Virus record (IMG/VR): IMGVR_UViG_3300002307_000027
Coordinates: 51,970-115,969 of that record
Length of the DNA stretch: 64,000 bases
Origin: a virus
Strand: one strand, 5' to 3'
In this document: positions 1 to 9,301 of the stretch, one piece after another
Layout of the letters: each line of letters starts with the position of its first letter
How positions within the stretch are numbered: the stretch's first letter is position 1
The notes under the pieces: generated by a model
What the model was told of the DNA's origin: nothing
Seen by the model: only the letters and a program-made list of their open reading frames with translations
Database searches by the model: none
Translations under genes and position numbers: made by a program

Positions 1-2
1 CT

Positions 3-158
3 TTGAGCCAAGCGTTTATTATCACAGCTATCGAATGGTATGCTAGAGAAGTAATCGCCGCAGGACTTGAAGGGGAAGAAAATAGCTTTATTAACCCAGA
101 AGCGTGGACCGCTACTGCTGAATACGTATTGGGCCAGCTTGACCAGCAGTATGCTTGA
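3..158 (+). CDS. Hypothetical early protein, 5'-truncated by the window edge
   Basis: Open frame LSQAFIITAIEW...QQYA* ending on the TGA of the -35 box at 155. Confidence 0.7.
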   Translation: MSQAFIITAIEWYAREVIAAGLEGEENSFINPEAWTATAEYVLGQLDQQYA

Positions 159-218
159 CAGGCCACTGTAATGTGCTATTATGTATTATAAACACTAGCA
201 GACGAAGGAGCATAGCAA

Positions 219-626
219 ATGGCTACACGTTCAACGATTGGTATCATTGATAATAAGACCGGTGTTGTTACTAGCATCTACTGCCATTGGGATGGCTATC
301 CTGAGAACAACGGACGCATCCTCGTAGAGCATTGGAGTGATGCTGCTAAGATCCACCAGCTTATGTCACTTGGTGCTCTGAGCAGCCTCGGTGAAGAGCT
401 TGGCGAGCAGCACGACTTTAACACTAACAGCCAGAGCTATTGCACCGCCTATGGTCGCGATCGTGGCGAGACACAGGTAGGCTCTATGACACACAATAGC
501 ATTGATGCATGGCTTGAGCATAGCGAGGAGTTTAACTACCTCTGGGATGGTCAGCGTTGGAATTGCTTCCGTGGTTCCAATATCAAAAAGACTGTAGACT
601 TGTATAACCTCAAACAGACTGCTTGA
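219..626 (+). CDS. Conserved phage hypothetical protein (TRSxIG...SIYCHWDGYP family)
   Basis: Promoter repeat plus AGGAG RBS; motif common in phage early proteins. Confidence 0.85.
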   Translation: MATRSTIGIIDNKTGVVTSIYCHWDGYPENNGRILVEHWSDAAKIHQLMSLGALSSLGEELGEQHDFNTNSQSYCTAYGRDRGETQVGSMTHNSIDAWLEHSEEFNYLWDGQRWNCFRGSNIKKTVDLYNLKQTA

Positions 627-708
627 AAGGACAAAGACCCCGCTGTAAGACCGCTTGACAGTCCGTGTAGATGTGCTATTATAAAGCATAAACACAAAGG
701 AGCCGACT

Positions 709-984
709 ATGAAGTTTACTCTTGAGATTTACAAAATGGATCGTCGTACCAAAGAAGGTCAACGCCTCGTTGGCAAGTATGATTACGATCGAGCAGATCG
801 TGCTGCAATGGAACGTGAGATTGCAGAACTGTTTCCTACTTATCGCAAGCGAGACGGATATCTCTTTGAAGTCCGCGAGACTTTTGTCAAGCGGCAGAAT
901 GCAATGACGGGTCAAGAGTTCGAAGAGCGTTATGATACGCCCTATTACGCATCAGCTAGTTCAGAAACCTATTGGAGCGCATAA
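709..984 (+). CDS. Hypothetical early protein (C-terminal TPYYxSxSSETYWS motif)
   Basis: Promoter 655 plus AGGAG RBS. Confidence 0.85.
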   Translation: MKFTLEIYKMDRRTKEGQRLVGKYDYDRADRAAMEREIAELFPTYRKRDGYLFEVRETFVKRQNAMTGQEFEERYDTPYYASASSETYWSA

Positions 985-985
985 A

Positions 986-1273
986 ATGAAGATTTTTTTC
1001 CTAAAAGGACCTAAGGTTACTATTTCCGCAGCTCCAGACGAATGGGAACTGTATAGTGCAGATACTCCAGAACAGGAGCAGGATCGCGACTTTGTCGCCG
1101 AAGCTTTGAATCGTGGTGTTGAAACACTTATTGCCCACGCACCTACTCGAAAAGATGTCAGCTACAAAGACATCGAACTATTGTTGAGTGGATATAGTGC
1201 TTGGGGAGCAGCCGATACAGAAGGGCATTCAATGGTTGATCGTATCTTAACAAAGGTATATGGCGATGAATGA
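986..1273 (+). CDS. Hypothetical protein
   Basis: ATG 986 directly after the upstream stop, with GGAG RBS. Confidence 0.75.
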   Translation: MKIFFLKGPKVTISAAPDEWELYSADTPEQEQDRDFVAEALNRGVETLIAHAPTRKDVSYKDIELLLSGYSAWGAADTEGHSMVDRILTKVYGDE

Positions 1274-1472
1274 TATTGCCATAATGGCTTCAAAACGTAT
1301 CGAACGGGCGATGGCCAACGATAATACCGGAATCTGGGAAACACCGGCTGATATCATTACAGATATCATGCATTGGGCAGATGAGAATGGTAAGATGTTT
1401 GCAGATCTGCTGAATACTGCCCAAAGCTATTACGATTCAGATAAGGTGGAAGAACTAGAAGAAAACCTTTGA
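1266..1472 (+). CDS. Hypothetical acidic protein
   Basis: Overlaps the previous ORF; stop is the TGA in the -35 box at 1469. Confidence 0.7.
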   Translation: MNDIAIMASKRIERAMANDNTGIWETPADIITDIMHWADENGKMFADLLNTAQSYYDSDKVEELEENL

Positions 1473-1526
1473 CAATCCAAAGGTCTGTGCTATACTTAAA
1501 TTATAAACAAAACAGGAGACTAACAG

Positions 1527-1823
1527 ATGGCAGCGAAAACAACGGCTAATTGGTCTCAAGGTAATGTTAAAAACGAGACGGTCCGTAGGGTCGTCCATAC
1601 TTGTGCAAACACACCACTTCCTGAATGGAAGGAAATGGTAAAAACAGAGCTCGAAGGTAGCGAAATTGTTTTTGAATCTATTAAGCCTTTGACACTGCTA
1701 CACGCCTGGGAAATGGGCGACACACCGTATAGCATTTCTTATACCTTAAAGCAAAAACTCAAGCGCCAAAAGAATCAAGCTAGTTTCGTTTCTACTCCAT
1801 ATCCTTCTAGCAATAACAAGTGA
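1527..1823 (+). CDS. Hypothetical protein
   Basis: Promoter 1469 plus AGGAG. Confidence 0.75.
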   Translation: MAAKTTANWSQGNVKNETVRRVVHTCANTPLPEWKEMVKTELEGSEIVFESIKPLTLLHAWEMGDTPYSISYTLKQKLKRQKNQASFVSTPYPSSNNK

Positions 1824-1829
1824 GGTCCT

Positions 1830-2036
1830 ATGGGCTATAAGGTTCTCGGTGAAGCAGACAAGAAGTGGCAACCTCGTAAGGATCTCGAGGGGCCATTCTA
1901 TTACGCCAATGGGCGTGTGCTCTACTACGATCCCAAAGCGGGTGACTATTGGGATCCTACTACAGACTTCTATGTACCGCGTGATGAGATTTGGGAACTG
2001 CAAAAGGACACTATTAAGGTCCTAAGAGGAGAGTGA
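1830..2036 (+). CDS. Conserved phage hypothetical protein (LEGPF...LYYDPKxGxYWD)
   Basis: GAGG RBS; recognisable phage motif. Confidence 0.8.
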   Translation: MGYKVLGEADKKWQPRKDLEGPFYYANGRVLYYDPKAGDYWDPTTDFYVPRDEIWELQKDTIKVLRGE

Positions 2037-2122
2037 TTTGAAAAACTTGCAAAGATAGCCGCTTGACAAGCCACGTAGATATGCTATTATACATTATAGA
2101 CAGTAACGCACAGGAGAACACT

Positions 2123-2356
2123 ATGTCGTTCAAGACCCGTGAATACACTAACAAGGTGCTCGAAGCAGTCAAAGAGGGCATCCTGGATCGTGATATGGTC
2201 ATCATGGCTTGTCTCAAGTATATGAGCGAGAAGGACGTTGAAGATATGTGCGACGTGAACTGCTTCTTCGAACACGAGGAAGAGGAAGAAGAGGATGAAG
2301 AGTGGACTCCGTATAATGCGGACTTCAACGACAAAGGTTCAATCCATCACTATTGA
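2123..2356 (+). CDS. Hypothetical acidic protein
   Basis: Promoter 2063 plus AGGAG; start is ATG 2123, not TTG 2063. Confidence 0.8.
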   Translation: MSFKTREYTNKVLEAVKEGILDRDMVIMACLKYMSEKDVEDMCDVNCFFEHEEEEEEDEEWTPYNADFNDKGSIHHY

Positions 2357-2364
2357 GGTGCATT

Positions 2365-2631
2365 ATGAGCAATGTTCGCTTAGGCAAAAGCACTAAAATC
2401 ACTGCCCTTATGAAGAACAAATACTTTGCCAAAGGGGTAAAGGATTTCCTCTGTGGAAAAGGATTTGATCGTGCTTACGATTTTGATCCTAACTTCCATC
2501 AGTGGAGCTACGAGCGTGGTAGGCAATTTGCCGCCGCTACCAATGGCATGGTCTACAAGTTAGGCACTACAGTTAGCAACCAAGCCGCTGATGAATTCTT
2601 TTCACTCTATGAGCAAAAGGTGATCCTATGA
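2365..2631 (+). CDS. Hypothetical protein (QWSYERGRQFA motif)
   Basis: GAGGT RBS. Confidence 0.75.
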   Translation: MSNVRLGKSTKITALMKNKYFAKGVKDFLCGKGFDRAYDFDPNFHQWSYERGRQFAAATNGMVYKLGTTVSNQAADEFFSLYEQKVIL

Positions 2632-2807
2632 AGTATGACACTTGGAAGTTCGCTGATTTTATCGAAGAAATCATCTATATCTGTGAGATTATCGAAATCC
2701 CAGGCATGAAAGCAAAGCGAGAGGTTATGCTCACAGAAGCTTGGAAGCGATTCCCAAAAGAGTCTGAGGAACTGGGCCTTACACGCCCAGAAGCTATGTG
2801 CTCCTAA
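2628..2807 (+). CDS. Hypothetical protein (59 aa)
   Basis: ATGA overlap, AAGGTG RBS. Confidence 0.65.
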   Translation: MKYDTWKFADFIEEIIYICEIIEIPGMKAKREVMLTEAWKRFPKESEELGLTRPEAMCS

Positions 2808-2987
2808 TGGACTTTTGGGAAGAAAGCCTGAGATATTTCTCTATCTTTGCTTTCTGCCTTGCCCTAGGAGCCACTTGTCCAAAACTTACAGTACGGACTG
2901 CCTGCTTAGAAAATATTGAGCAGTCCAGTTGACTGTCCACTAGTCTATGCTATTATTAACGTATAAGCTAACACAACGGAGAATGAT

Positions 2988-3332
2988 ATGACTGATATCG
3001 AAGCTATCCGCATTGAAATGCTCAACGAAGCTGCTACTGCTGCCAAAGAGCTCTTTAACATAAAAGGCACCGATCATTGGGGTGCTTGTGGGTTTGCTTG
3101 GACTACTATCTATCCCGAGCATAAAGGTAATACTAAAGCTGGTAAAGCTGAACGCAAGATTATTGAACAGCTGGGCTTCAGCAAGGACTGGACCGGAAAG
3201 GCTTACCAACTGTGGGATCCTAGCAACTACGGCGGACAGAATGTTGACATCAAAGAAGCCGGGGCTGTGGCTGCTGCTAACGTGCTCAAGCGTTATGGAT
3301 TTAAGGCCTACGCTGGATCAAGGCTTGATTAA
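2988..3332 (+). CDS. Conserved phage hypothetical protein (GACGFAW...SRLD)
   Basis: Promoter 2929 plus GGAG. Confidence 0.85.
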   Translation: MTDIEAIRIEMLNEAATAAKELFNIKGTDHWGACGFAWTTIYPEHKGNTKAGKAERKIIEQLGFSKDWTGKAYQLWDPSNYGGQNVDIKEAGAVAAANVLKRYGFKAYAGSRLD

Positions 3333-3553
3333 TGGATAAGGTTTATTTACTCGAAGGGCGTGGCTTTGGTGACGCCGATGATGACAACATCTACGGCACC
3401 ATTGAGGTTTATGCCAGCCTCAATGCCGCTATAGATGGGCAGAAGAGTTGGGAGAAACGTATGGGTCTCGCAGCTTGGGAACCCGAAGATGAAGACGAAG
3501 CTATGTCTATAGAGACTTGGTTCCGTATCCAAGAGATGGATCTACTTTATTAG
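3332..3553 (+). CDS. Hypothetical acidic protein
   Basis: TAATG coupling. Confidence 0.7.
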   Translation: MDKVYLLEGRGFGDADDDNIYGTIEVYASLNAAIDGQKSWEKRMGLAAWEPEDEDEAMSIETWFRIQEMDLLY

Positions 3554-3564
3554 GAGGTACTGCA

Positions 3565-3750
3565 ATGAAAGAACTGTTCATCCAACATCACGAGAATCTC
3601 ATAGCCCGTTATTTGGATCTCTATCCTGATAGGGATTATGCAGATGCCTATGAAGCCACTAGCCAAGAGGCATATGATACCCTTGCTGACTATGTAGCTG
3701 ATATGACTGACTATTACGAAGATGCTTACAAAGAAGCCCAATATTCCTAA
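3565..3750 (+). CDS. Hypothetical Asp/Tyr-rich protein
   Basis: AGGAGG RBS. Confidence 0.75.
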   Translation: MKELFIQHHENLIARYLDLYPDRDYADAYEATSQEAYDTLADYVADMTDYYEDAYKEAQYS

Positions 3751-3819
3751 GAACACCACTTGACAGTCCACTGTAATGTGCTATTATGTATTATAAACAC
3801 TAGCACACAGGAGAACGCA

Positions 3820-4002
3820 ATGACCCAGTTGGATCAGCGTATGAATCAAGAGATTGACGCTATGATTGCCAAGCTTGAGGCTATCAAAGCCCAAGAGGGC
3901 AAATACGCAACGAAGGCCCATGCGGTTGAGAAGATTGCCGAGGAAGCCAAGAACTACGCAGACTATTGGAACTACAAACTGGACGATTGGGCCACTGACT
4001 GA
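3820..4002 (+). CDS. Hypothetical protein
   Basis: Promoter 3760 plus AGGAG. Confidence 0.8.
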   Translation: MTQLDQRMNQEIDAMIAKLEAIKAQEGKYATKAHAVEKIAEEAKNYADYWNYKLDDWATD

Positions 4003-4012
4003 GGAGGCTGCT

Positions 4013-4153
4013 ATGGGTGTCAGCGCCAAGAGGGGTATGAGTAGGCATTACTTCGAGGTTGATCCCAAGGCATACGATTATGTGGGCATGGTCATCGAGA
4101 TCGTCTACGATGGCTACACTAGTTGGGTCACACAGGTCCTGATCATTCTGTAG
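4013..4153 (+). CDS. Hypothetical protein (46 aa)
   Basis: GAGGAGG RBS. Confidence 0.65.
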   Translation: MGVSAKRGMSRHYFEVDPKAYDYVGMVIEIVYDGYTSWVTQVLIIL

Positions 4154-4162
4154 GAGGTCAAA

Positions 4163-4375
4163 ATGGAATACGCTAAGACCGATATGTGTCGCACTATTGA
4201 AAAATATGCTAAGAAAGTAGGTTTCCCAGAGATCCGCTGCTATGTCGTTACCCTTGAGGATGGTGTTAAAGAGTATGCCATCTGTGATGATACAGAATGG
4301 CTTTTTGGAAGCCAGAGCGCAGAGGCTATCGCAGTCCATATCGATATGATGGAACTGGCTAAAAAGCAGACTTGA
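4163..4375 (+). CDS. Hypothetical protein
   Basis: AGGAGG RBS; stop inside the -35 box at 4372. Confidence 0.8.
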   Translation: MEYAKTDMCRTIEKYAKKVGFPEIRCYVVTLEDGVKEYAICDDTEWLFGSQSAEAIAVHIDMMELAKKQT

Positions 4376-4432
4376 CAATCCATCTAGATGTGCTATTATG
4401 TATTATAAACACTAGCAGAAGAGGCAAACACA

Positions 4433-4624
4433 ATGTCAAAAGTTGCTCAGTTTCTCTTTAAGCATCCCGCTGTTGATGGCTACACGCTCATCTGTGTATT
4501 GGACGAGATCAGCCGCAGAGTCAAGGTTAGCCCAGATACGCTGTTGAGTGTGGCGCTTGTTGACTCCAAGGCTGCTGACTTCCTCATCCGCACCGTTGCT
4601 AAACTCGAACCCAAGGCTAACTGA
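4433..4624 (+). CDS. Hypothetical protein
   Basis: Promoter 4372 plus GAGG. Confidence 0.75.
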   Translation: MSKVAQFLFKHPAVDGYTLICVLDEISRRVKVSPDTLLSVALVDSKAADFLIRTVAKLEPKAN

Positions 4625-4625
4625 T

Positions 4626-4826
4626 ATGTCTAAGCCACGCATCTTCCGTGCCTGGATCAATCAGCCCAGCACTCTACAGCCACTACATAAACTCCACGGC
4701 ACTAAATGTATCGCGGTGGAGGATCGTCCGGGCAATGTCCGCTTGTATTTCACCGAGGGTGCTGTCCACAGTATGGATGCGGATCCACTATGCGTCAGCG
4801 AAGTCAAACTCAGTTCCGCAGGTTAA
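4626..4826 (+). CDS. Hypothetical protein (WINQPSTLQPLH motif)
   Basis: Coupled start; motif seen in phage proteins. Confidence 0.7.
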   Translation: MSKPRIFRAWINQPSTLQPLHKLHGTKCIAVEDRPGNVRLYFTEGAVHSMDADPLCVSEVKLSSAG

Positions 4827-4831
4827 CTAAT

Positions 4832-5014
4832 ATGTCTAAGGCAAAGTGGAAGACGATCAAGCTGAAACTGGACGAAACAGAGTTGGACACTCTCTTCGTT
4901 GGACTCGAACAGGCCTGTGATGCTACCAGCGACGAGGTGGACTACATCTACTTCCGGAGACTGCTGGCTAAGATCGAGAAGGCCCAGAAGAAACTGATCA
5001 AGGAGGCTGCTTGA
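4832..5014 (+). CDS. Hypothetical protein
   Basis: Tightly packed in the operon. Confidence 0.7.
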   Translation: MSKAKWKTIKLKLDETELDTLFVGLEQACDATSDEVDYIYFRRLLAKIEKAQKKLIKEAA

Positions 5015-5250
5015 TGACTGACAAGACCTTTACCTTTACGATCGAACAGATCAAAGACATCTACCGTGCGGGTATCCGGCGTGGAGAGAATCAGCAATGT
5101 GCCTACGATTGGGGCACTCGTGTTAGTGGTGGCGAGTATGATGAATGTGTGGAGGCTATCCACGATATCGTCAACGAAGGCTTCAAGTGGGGCGATGTTG
5201 GTTATACCCACTACACTGACGTAGAAGATTGGTTCAAGGAGGCCAAGTGA
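5014..5250 (+). CDS. Hypothetical protein
   Basis: AGGAGG RBS, TGATG coupling. Confidence 0.75.
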   Translation: MTDKTFTFTIEQIKDIYRAGIRRGENQQCAYDWGTRVSGGEYDECVEAIHDIVNEGFKWGDVGYTHYTDVEDWFKEAK

Positions 5251-5402
5251 TGGACGAAGCAACCTATAGAGTCCTCGTAGAATGCGTGTATCTGATCTTT
5301 GATTCTACTGAAGGACCCGCCGCAACCGTCCTCACCAAACTGGTTGATCTAATCGTTGCGTATGAGGACGAACACTATCCTATGGATGAGGAGACTGCGT
5401 AA
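5250..5402 (+). CDS. HigA-type antitoxin N-terminal-domain-like mini protein (50 aa, no HTH)
   Basis: MDEATYRVLVECVYLIFDSTEGPAATVLTKLVDLIVAYEDEHYPM matches the HigA-family pattern ExxY...L..L..LIxAYExxHYP; AGGAGG RBS. Confidence 0.6.
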   Translation: MDEATYRVLVECVYLIFDSTEGPAATVLTKLVDLIVAYEDEHYPMDEETA

Positions 5403-5539
5403 TGTTCACTGTTACCTATTCCTATTATGGCACTTACCAGCACGAGAAGACATTCGCTAGTGAGACTGCCGCCAAGAAGTTCTTCTGGTTCATTCAGAAG
5501 AAAACAGGTGTGACTAAGGTGGAATACAGGGCTAGTTGA
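5402..5539 (+). CDS. Hypothetical protein (45 aa)
   Basis: GAGGAG RBS; stop inside the -35 box at 5536. Confidence 0.7.
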   Translation: MFTVTYSYYGTYQHEKTFASETAAKKFFWFIQKKTGVTKVEYRAS

Positions 5540-5593
5540 CAAGCCACGTAGATATGCTATTATAAAGCATAAGATGAGACGCAGGAGCAGGTG

Positions 5594-5773
5594 ATGATAC
5601 GTTTTGAACAAGACCCTCGTGCTGCTATAGAAGAGATCATCCGTGAAGAGGTGCGGGCAGATATACATGGCGATCTTTATAATGTGGATCGTGCTGTGGA
5701 TGCTATCATGTGTTATGTTGATCAGTTGAAGTATGAGATCGAACTCCTCAAGGCTAAGTTGGAGGCTAAGTGA
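5594..5773 (+). CDS. Hypothetical protein
   Basis: Promoter 5536 plus AGGAG. Confidence 0.75.
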   Translation: MIRFEQDPRAAIEEIIREEVRADIHGDLYNVDRAVDAIMCYVDQLKYEIELLKAKLEAK

Positions 5774-5937
5774 TGGATAAGAATAACGAATTCCTAAAGG
5801 CACTGGGTGCTATCGTATTGTCGCTGGGTAGCCTAGTCGCTGGCATTGTCTGTATTGGGTTGGGCACGAACTTGTATATCGCATTGGGCGTGTTCTTCCT
5901 CATCATGTATTACAACTCCACTGGGGGAGATGAGTGA
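5773..5937 (+). CDS. Small membrane protein
   Basis: GGAGG RBS; two hydrophobic stretches. Confidence 0.65.
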   Translation: MDKNNEFLKALGAIVLSLGSLVAGIVCIGLGTNLYIALGVFFLIMYYNSTGGDE

Positions 5938-6176
5938 TGGGCAACTGTAACGACTGTTTGTTTTGGGACAGGAAGTGGATTCATAAAGACGGTGCGGCTC
6001 GCTGTCAGTATGTGGAAGATTATCAATCCTTTGATGAAAATCGCGACTATACCATCGCTGAGGATGATGTCGCTATAGACTACGGTGTGTCCGATGATAG
6101 TGGGCTGTGGATCCATATGGTAACTGGTCCTCGGTTTGGTTGTGTAAAGTTCCGACCCTGTGAAGAGGCTAAGTGA
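5937..6176 (+). CDS. Hypothetical Cys-containing protein (CxxC...FGC)
   Basis: TGATG coupling. Confidence 0.7.
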   Translation: MGNCNDCLFWDRKWIHKDGAARCQYVEDYQSFDENRDYTIAEDDVAIDYGVSDDSGLWIHMVTGPRFGCVKFRPCEEAK

Positions 6177-6235
6177 CACTCTTGACAATCCACTAGGATA
6201 TGTTATTATAACACTATAAGCAATAGGAGATCACT

Positions 6236-6637
6236 ATGAGCGATATCAAGTTTCGATTCCTCTGCGTTGAGATAATCACAGGTGGACCTTGCTCTAAGGC
6301 CAAAGTGATTAGCCAGCGGGTCTACGATAGCAAGTTCTCAACCCTCATAAAGGCCCGTGATGAATTGATACGTGAAGCCCGGACCCAATACACCAAGGAC
6401 TTCTATACACCCGGCGATGATGGTTATGAGCCTGCGAGCGAGGCTATCTCTAAGTTTCCGTTCAAGTACCTCGTAGGCTATTATCACTTGGATGAAGGCC
6501 TTACCTTCCTGTTCCGTGAGGATAGTCCAGTCTTCAATCCTATCGTCGAGGGCAAGATCGCGGGCACCGAGTTGGCAGAACGACTCATTGATATCTTTGA
6601 TTATCATCATGATATGAGCGAAGCTGGGTATGCTTGA
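6236..6637 (+). CDS. Hypothetical protein
   Basis: Promoter 6182 plus AGGAG; stop inside the -35 box at 6634. Confidence 0.8.
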   Translation: MSDIKFRFLCVEIITGGPCSKAKVISQRVYDSKFSTLIKARDELIREARTQYTKDFYTPGDDGYEPASEAISKFPFKYLVGYYHLDEGLTFLFREDSPVFNPIVEGKIAGTELAERLIDIFDYHHDMSEAGYA

Positions 6638-6693
6638 CAAGCCACGTAGATATGCTATTATGTATTATAGACACTAGCACACAGGAGAACAGC

Positions 6694-6933
6694 ATGGTTG
6701 CCAAGCATTGGACTGAGGAAGGTCTCCGCTTTGCCCTCGATTGCCAAGAGCGTCGTTATGCCGCTGCTATGGACTGTAAGGACTACGAACTAGCTGAGCG
6801 GTTGTGGGCTGAACGTGAGAAGACCTGGGCTGAACTCCAAGAACTGGTTAAGGACAATCGTCGAGGATTTGAATGGCATCAAACAATCGACTGGAACAGT
6901 GCCTGGTATGATACGTCCGCTGAACTCAACTGA
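6694..6933 (+). CDS. Hypothetical protein
   Basis: Promoter 6634 plus AGGAG. Confidence 0.8.
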   Translation: MVAKHWTEEGLRFALDCQERRYAAAMDCKDYELAERLWAEREKTWAELQELVKDNRRGFEWHQTIDWNSAWYDTSAELN

Positions 6934-6943
6934 GGAGAATGCA

Positions 6944-7189
6944 ATGACTAAGTTTTATGTCTATGGCGACTATGGTTATACCACTGAACGAGAACTACAT
7001 AGCCAACCCAGCGCAGAATACGCCAAACAGTGGGCTGAAGGCTATACTCGTCATGGCGATATGGGCGGCTATGATGTTATTGAAGTGGGCCACTTCAACG
7101 CCGATGGAGAGTATGTAGTGATCTGGCGTATGGATGCTGAAGACCCTGAGTTTGAGCGTGAGATGCTCTACGAGGATGACGGGGCTTGA
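6944..7189 (+). CDS. Hypothetical protein
   Basis: GAGGAG RBS; stop inside the -35 box at 7186. Confidence 0.8.
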   Translation: MTKFYVYGDYGYTTERELHSQPSAEYAKQWAEGYTRHGDMGGYDVIEVGHFNADGEYVVIWRMDAEDPEFEREMLYEDDGA

Positions 7190-7244
7190 CAAGTCACGCA
7201 GGTGTGCTATTATATAAACATAAACAAACACACAGGAGCACAAT

Positions 7245-7481
7245 ATGGGCGAAGTTATTGCTATTGATTTCCGTCATCGTTGCAAGGTTCCACTAGAATA
7301 TCCTATTGAGGATACGTTTATGTCCAGATTCTGTGATATACTGCGTCAGCGCGGAATGGTTGAAGATGACATACTCGATGTTCTCGAAGCTATTGAGGAT
7401 GTCCGCAAGTATGAGCAATTAGATTCCGATCTCAAATATGTCGTAGATGTGTTCAATAACTGTACCGCAGGAGTATTTTAA
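7245..7481 (+). CDS. Hypothetical protein
   Basis: Promoter 7186 plus AGGAG. Confidence 0.8.
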   Translation: MGEVIAIDFRHRCKVPLEYPIEDTFMSRFCDILRQRGMVEDDILDVLEAIEDVRKYEQLDSDLKYVVDVFNNCTAGVF

Positions 7482-7741
7482 TGTCCAACTTTGATCGCTT
7501 TGAAGATGCTCTCCGTGTCCGTGCTGGCCTGCACTCACCGGAGTATGCAGCCGACTTTATGGTCGGCTATCTACTTTCTATGGTGCAGTCAAACTCAAAT
7601 TATGAGTATGCTACTAAGGAACTTGAACGAACTATTATGAACTTCGTTCCTTACGGCCGAGATGAGCAAACACTAGTGGATTTAATGTGGCAAAATGTTA
7701 AAACGCCCATTGACAATCCGCTGTTTAATGCTATTATATAA
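7481..7741 (+). CDS. Hypothetical protein
   Basis: AGGAG RBS, TAATG coupling. Confidence 0.75.
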   Translation: MSNFDRFEDALRVRAGLHSPEYAADFMVGYLLSMVQSNSNYEYATKELERTIMNFVPYGRDEQTLVDLMWQNVKTPIDNPLFNAII

Positions 7742-7768
7742 ACATAAACAAACGCAAGGAGATCGATT

Positions 7769-8158
7769 ATGGGACTCGATATGTATGCTTGGCAAGTGAA
7801 GCCAGAATATGCACTTGGGGATTTTGAAGTAGCCCGCGGTGAGGATGATGAGAACTGCCTCGATGAACTCCATTATTGGAGAAAGCATCACGACCTACAC
7901 GGTTGGATGGAGCAGCTCTATCGTGAGAAGGGCGGCGATAGTCCGGACTTTAACTGTGTAAAGGTGCGGCTCACCTTAGAAGATCTTGATCGTCTAGAGA
8001 AGACGGTATTAGCTAATCAGCTTCCCCAGACTACAGGATTCTTTTTTGGCAATAACCCTCCTGATGAAGATAGCATCCGCTATGATATGGAATTTATCGG
8101 TAAGGCCAAGGCAACTATTGCTGGCGGTATGGCTGTCTATTACGACAGCTGGTGGTGA
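7769..8158 (+). CDS. Conserved phage hypothetical protein (MGLDMY...YWRKHHDLHGWM...YYDSWW)
   Basis: Promoter 7710 plus AGGAG; widespread phage motif. Confidence 0.85.
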   Translation: MGLDMYAWQVKPEYALGDFEVARGEDDENCLDELHYWRKHHDLHGWMEQLYREKGGDSPDFNCVKVRLTLEDLDRLEKTVLANQLPQTTGFFFGNNPPDEDSIRYDMEFIGKAKATIAGGMAVYYDSWW

Positions 8159-8400
8159 TCGTGGAAACTGTAATGTGGGTATTCGTATGGTTATGCGGAG
8201 TTGGACTCTGCATAACCTCAGTTATCCTTTGGGGTAATCTTTTAGAATTAAATCAACAGGTAGAACGATTAGAAGCCGACGCTAGGAAAGATCTAGCTGA
8301 GATTAAAAGGCGAGAACATAGCGAAGCAGCACTAAGAGCGCAACAAGAAGCAAAACCAAAGATCGTTAAATCAATCTCTAAGAGAATGATGGTAAAATAA
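8152..8400 (+). CDS. Membrane-anchored coiled-coil protein
   Basis: Hydrophobic N-terminus; operon packing. Confidence 0.6.
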   Translation: MVIVETVMWVFVWLCGVGLCITSVILWGNLLELNQQVERLEADARKDLAEIKRREHSEAALRAQQEAKPKIVKSISKRMMVK

Positions 8401-8711
8401 TGGCAGAAGCTAGACAAGCTATCACAGCCGTAATCTATGATAGGCGTGGACGCAAGATCAGTGAAGGTCGCAATCACTATACCAAGAGTCACCCGTATCA
8501 AGCTCGCATGGCTAGAGAAGCGGGCCTACATCACAAGATCTACCTCCACGCTGAGATCGAAGCACTAGTCCGCCTGCGTGATTGGAGCCGGGCCTATAGG
8601 ATCGTAGTGGAGCGATATGCTAAGAGCGGGGAGCCTGCGCTGGCTAAACCCTGTCCTATCTGTCAACGGGCCCTCGGGCTCGCGGGCATTATTCACGTTG
8701 AGCATACTTGA
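8400..8711 (+). CDS. Zinc-dependent cytidine/dCMP deaminase-like protein
   Basis: HAE and PCPIC motifs; stop inside the -35 box at 8708. Confidence 0.8.
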   Translation: MAEARQAITAVIYDRRGRKISEGRNHYTKSHPYQARMAREAGLHHKIYLHAEIEALVRLRDWSRAYRIVVERYAKSGEPALAKPCPICQRALGLAGIIHVEHT

Positions 8712-8741
8712 CGTGCCAACTAGATATGCTATTATAGTAAT

Positions 8742-8996
8742 ATGAGAGCAAAAGTAATCCTACTAGCACTAAAATACATGGCCAAGTTCGTGTTGAGCAT
8801 TGCTGCAATGGCAACAGTTATTTTCACTACAGTATATGTAGTTAGAGAATTTACTGGAGATACAGAACTTGGATTCATCATCGTGTTTGGACTGATGGGG
8901 CTAGGTGGAGCTTTTGCTACATGCTATGATATGGCTAAATCTAAAGTAGATAATGAGAATCGTGACCTAATGGAACAACTGGCTAGGAAGCAGTAA
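8742..8996 (+). CDS. Membrane protein, probably leaderless
   Basis: ATG lies 6 nt after the -10 of promoter 8708; two TM segments. Confidence 0.7.
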   Translation: MRAKVILLALKYMAKFVLSIAAMATVIFTTVYVVREFTGDTELGFIIVFGLMGLGGAFATCYDMAKSKVDNENRDLMEQLARKQ

Positions 8997-9148
8997 TGAA
9001 ATACTATTACGAAATCAAGTTCAATGATGGTAAAGTAATCCGCCGCAATAACCTAACCAAGACACTTGCCGAGAGCATGTTCAGGGCTATGGAATTCGAG
9101 ATGCTCCTGTTCGAAGTCAAGGCTATCACTTGGGGAGTTATGAAGTGA
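8996..9148 (+). CDS. Hypothetical protein (50 aa)
   Basis: TAATG coupling. Confidence 0.6.
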   Translation: MKYYYEIKFNDGKVIRRNNLTKTLAESMFRAMEFEMLLFEVKAITWGVMK

Positions 9149-9301
9149 GACGCGAAAAACTAACTAAGGTATGGATATCAGCCTTCGTCAGCATCTCTAG
9201 TATCTTCCTAGGTAATGCTACTGAATGGCAGATTGGAGCAAGTCTCTTCTTTGCCCTGTGGGCTATCGCTGGAATGATCGAACTGGTTGAGGATAAGTTA
9301 A

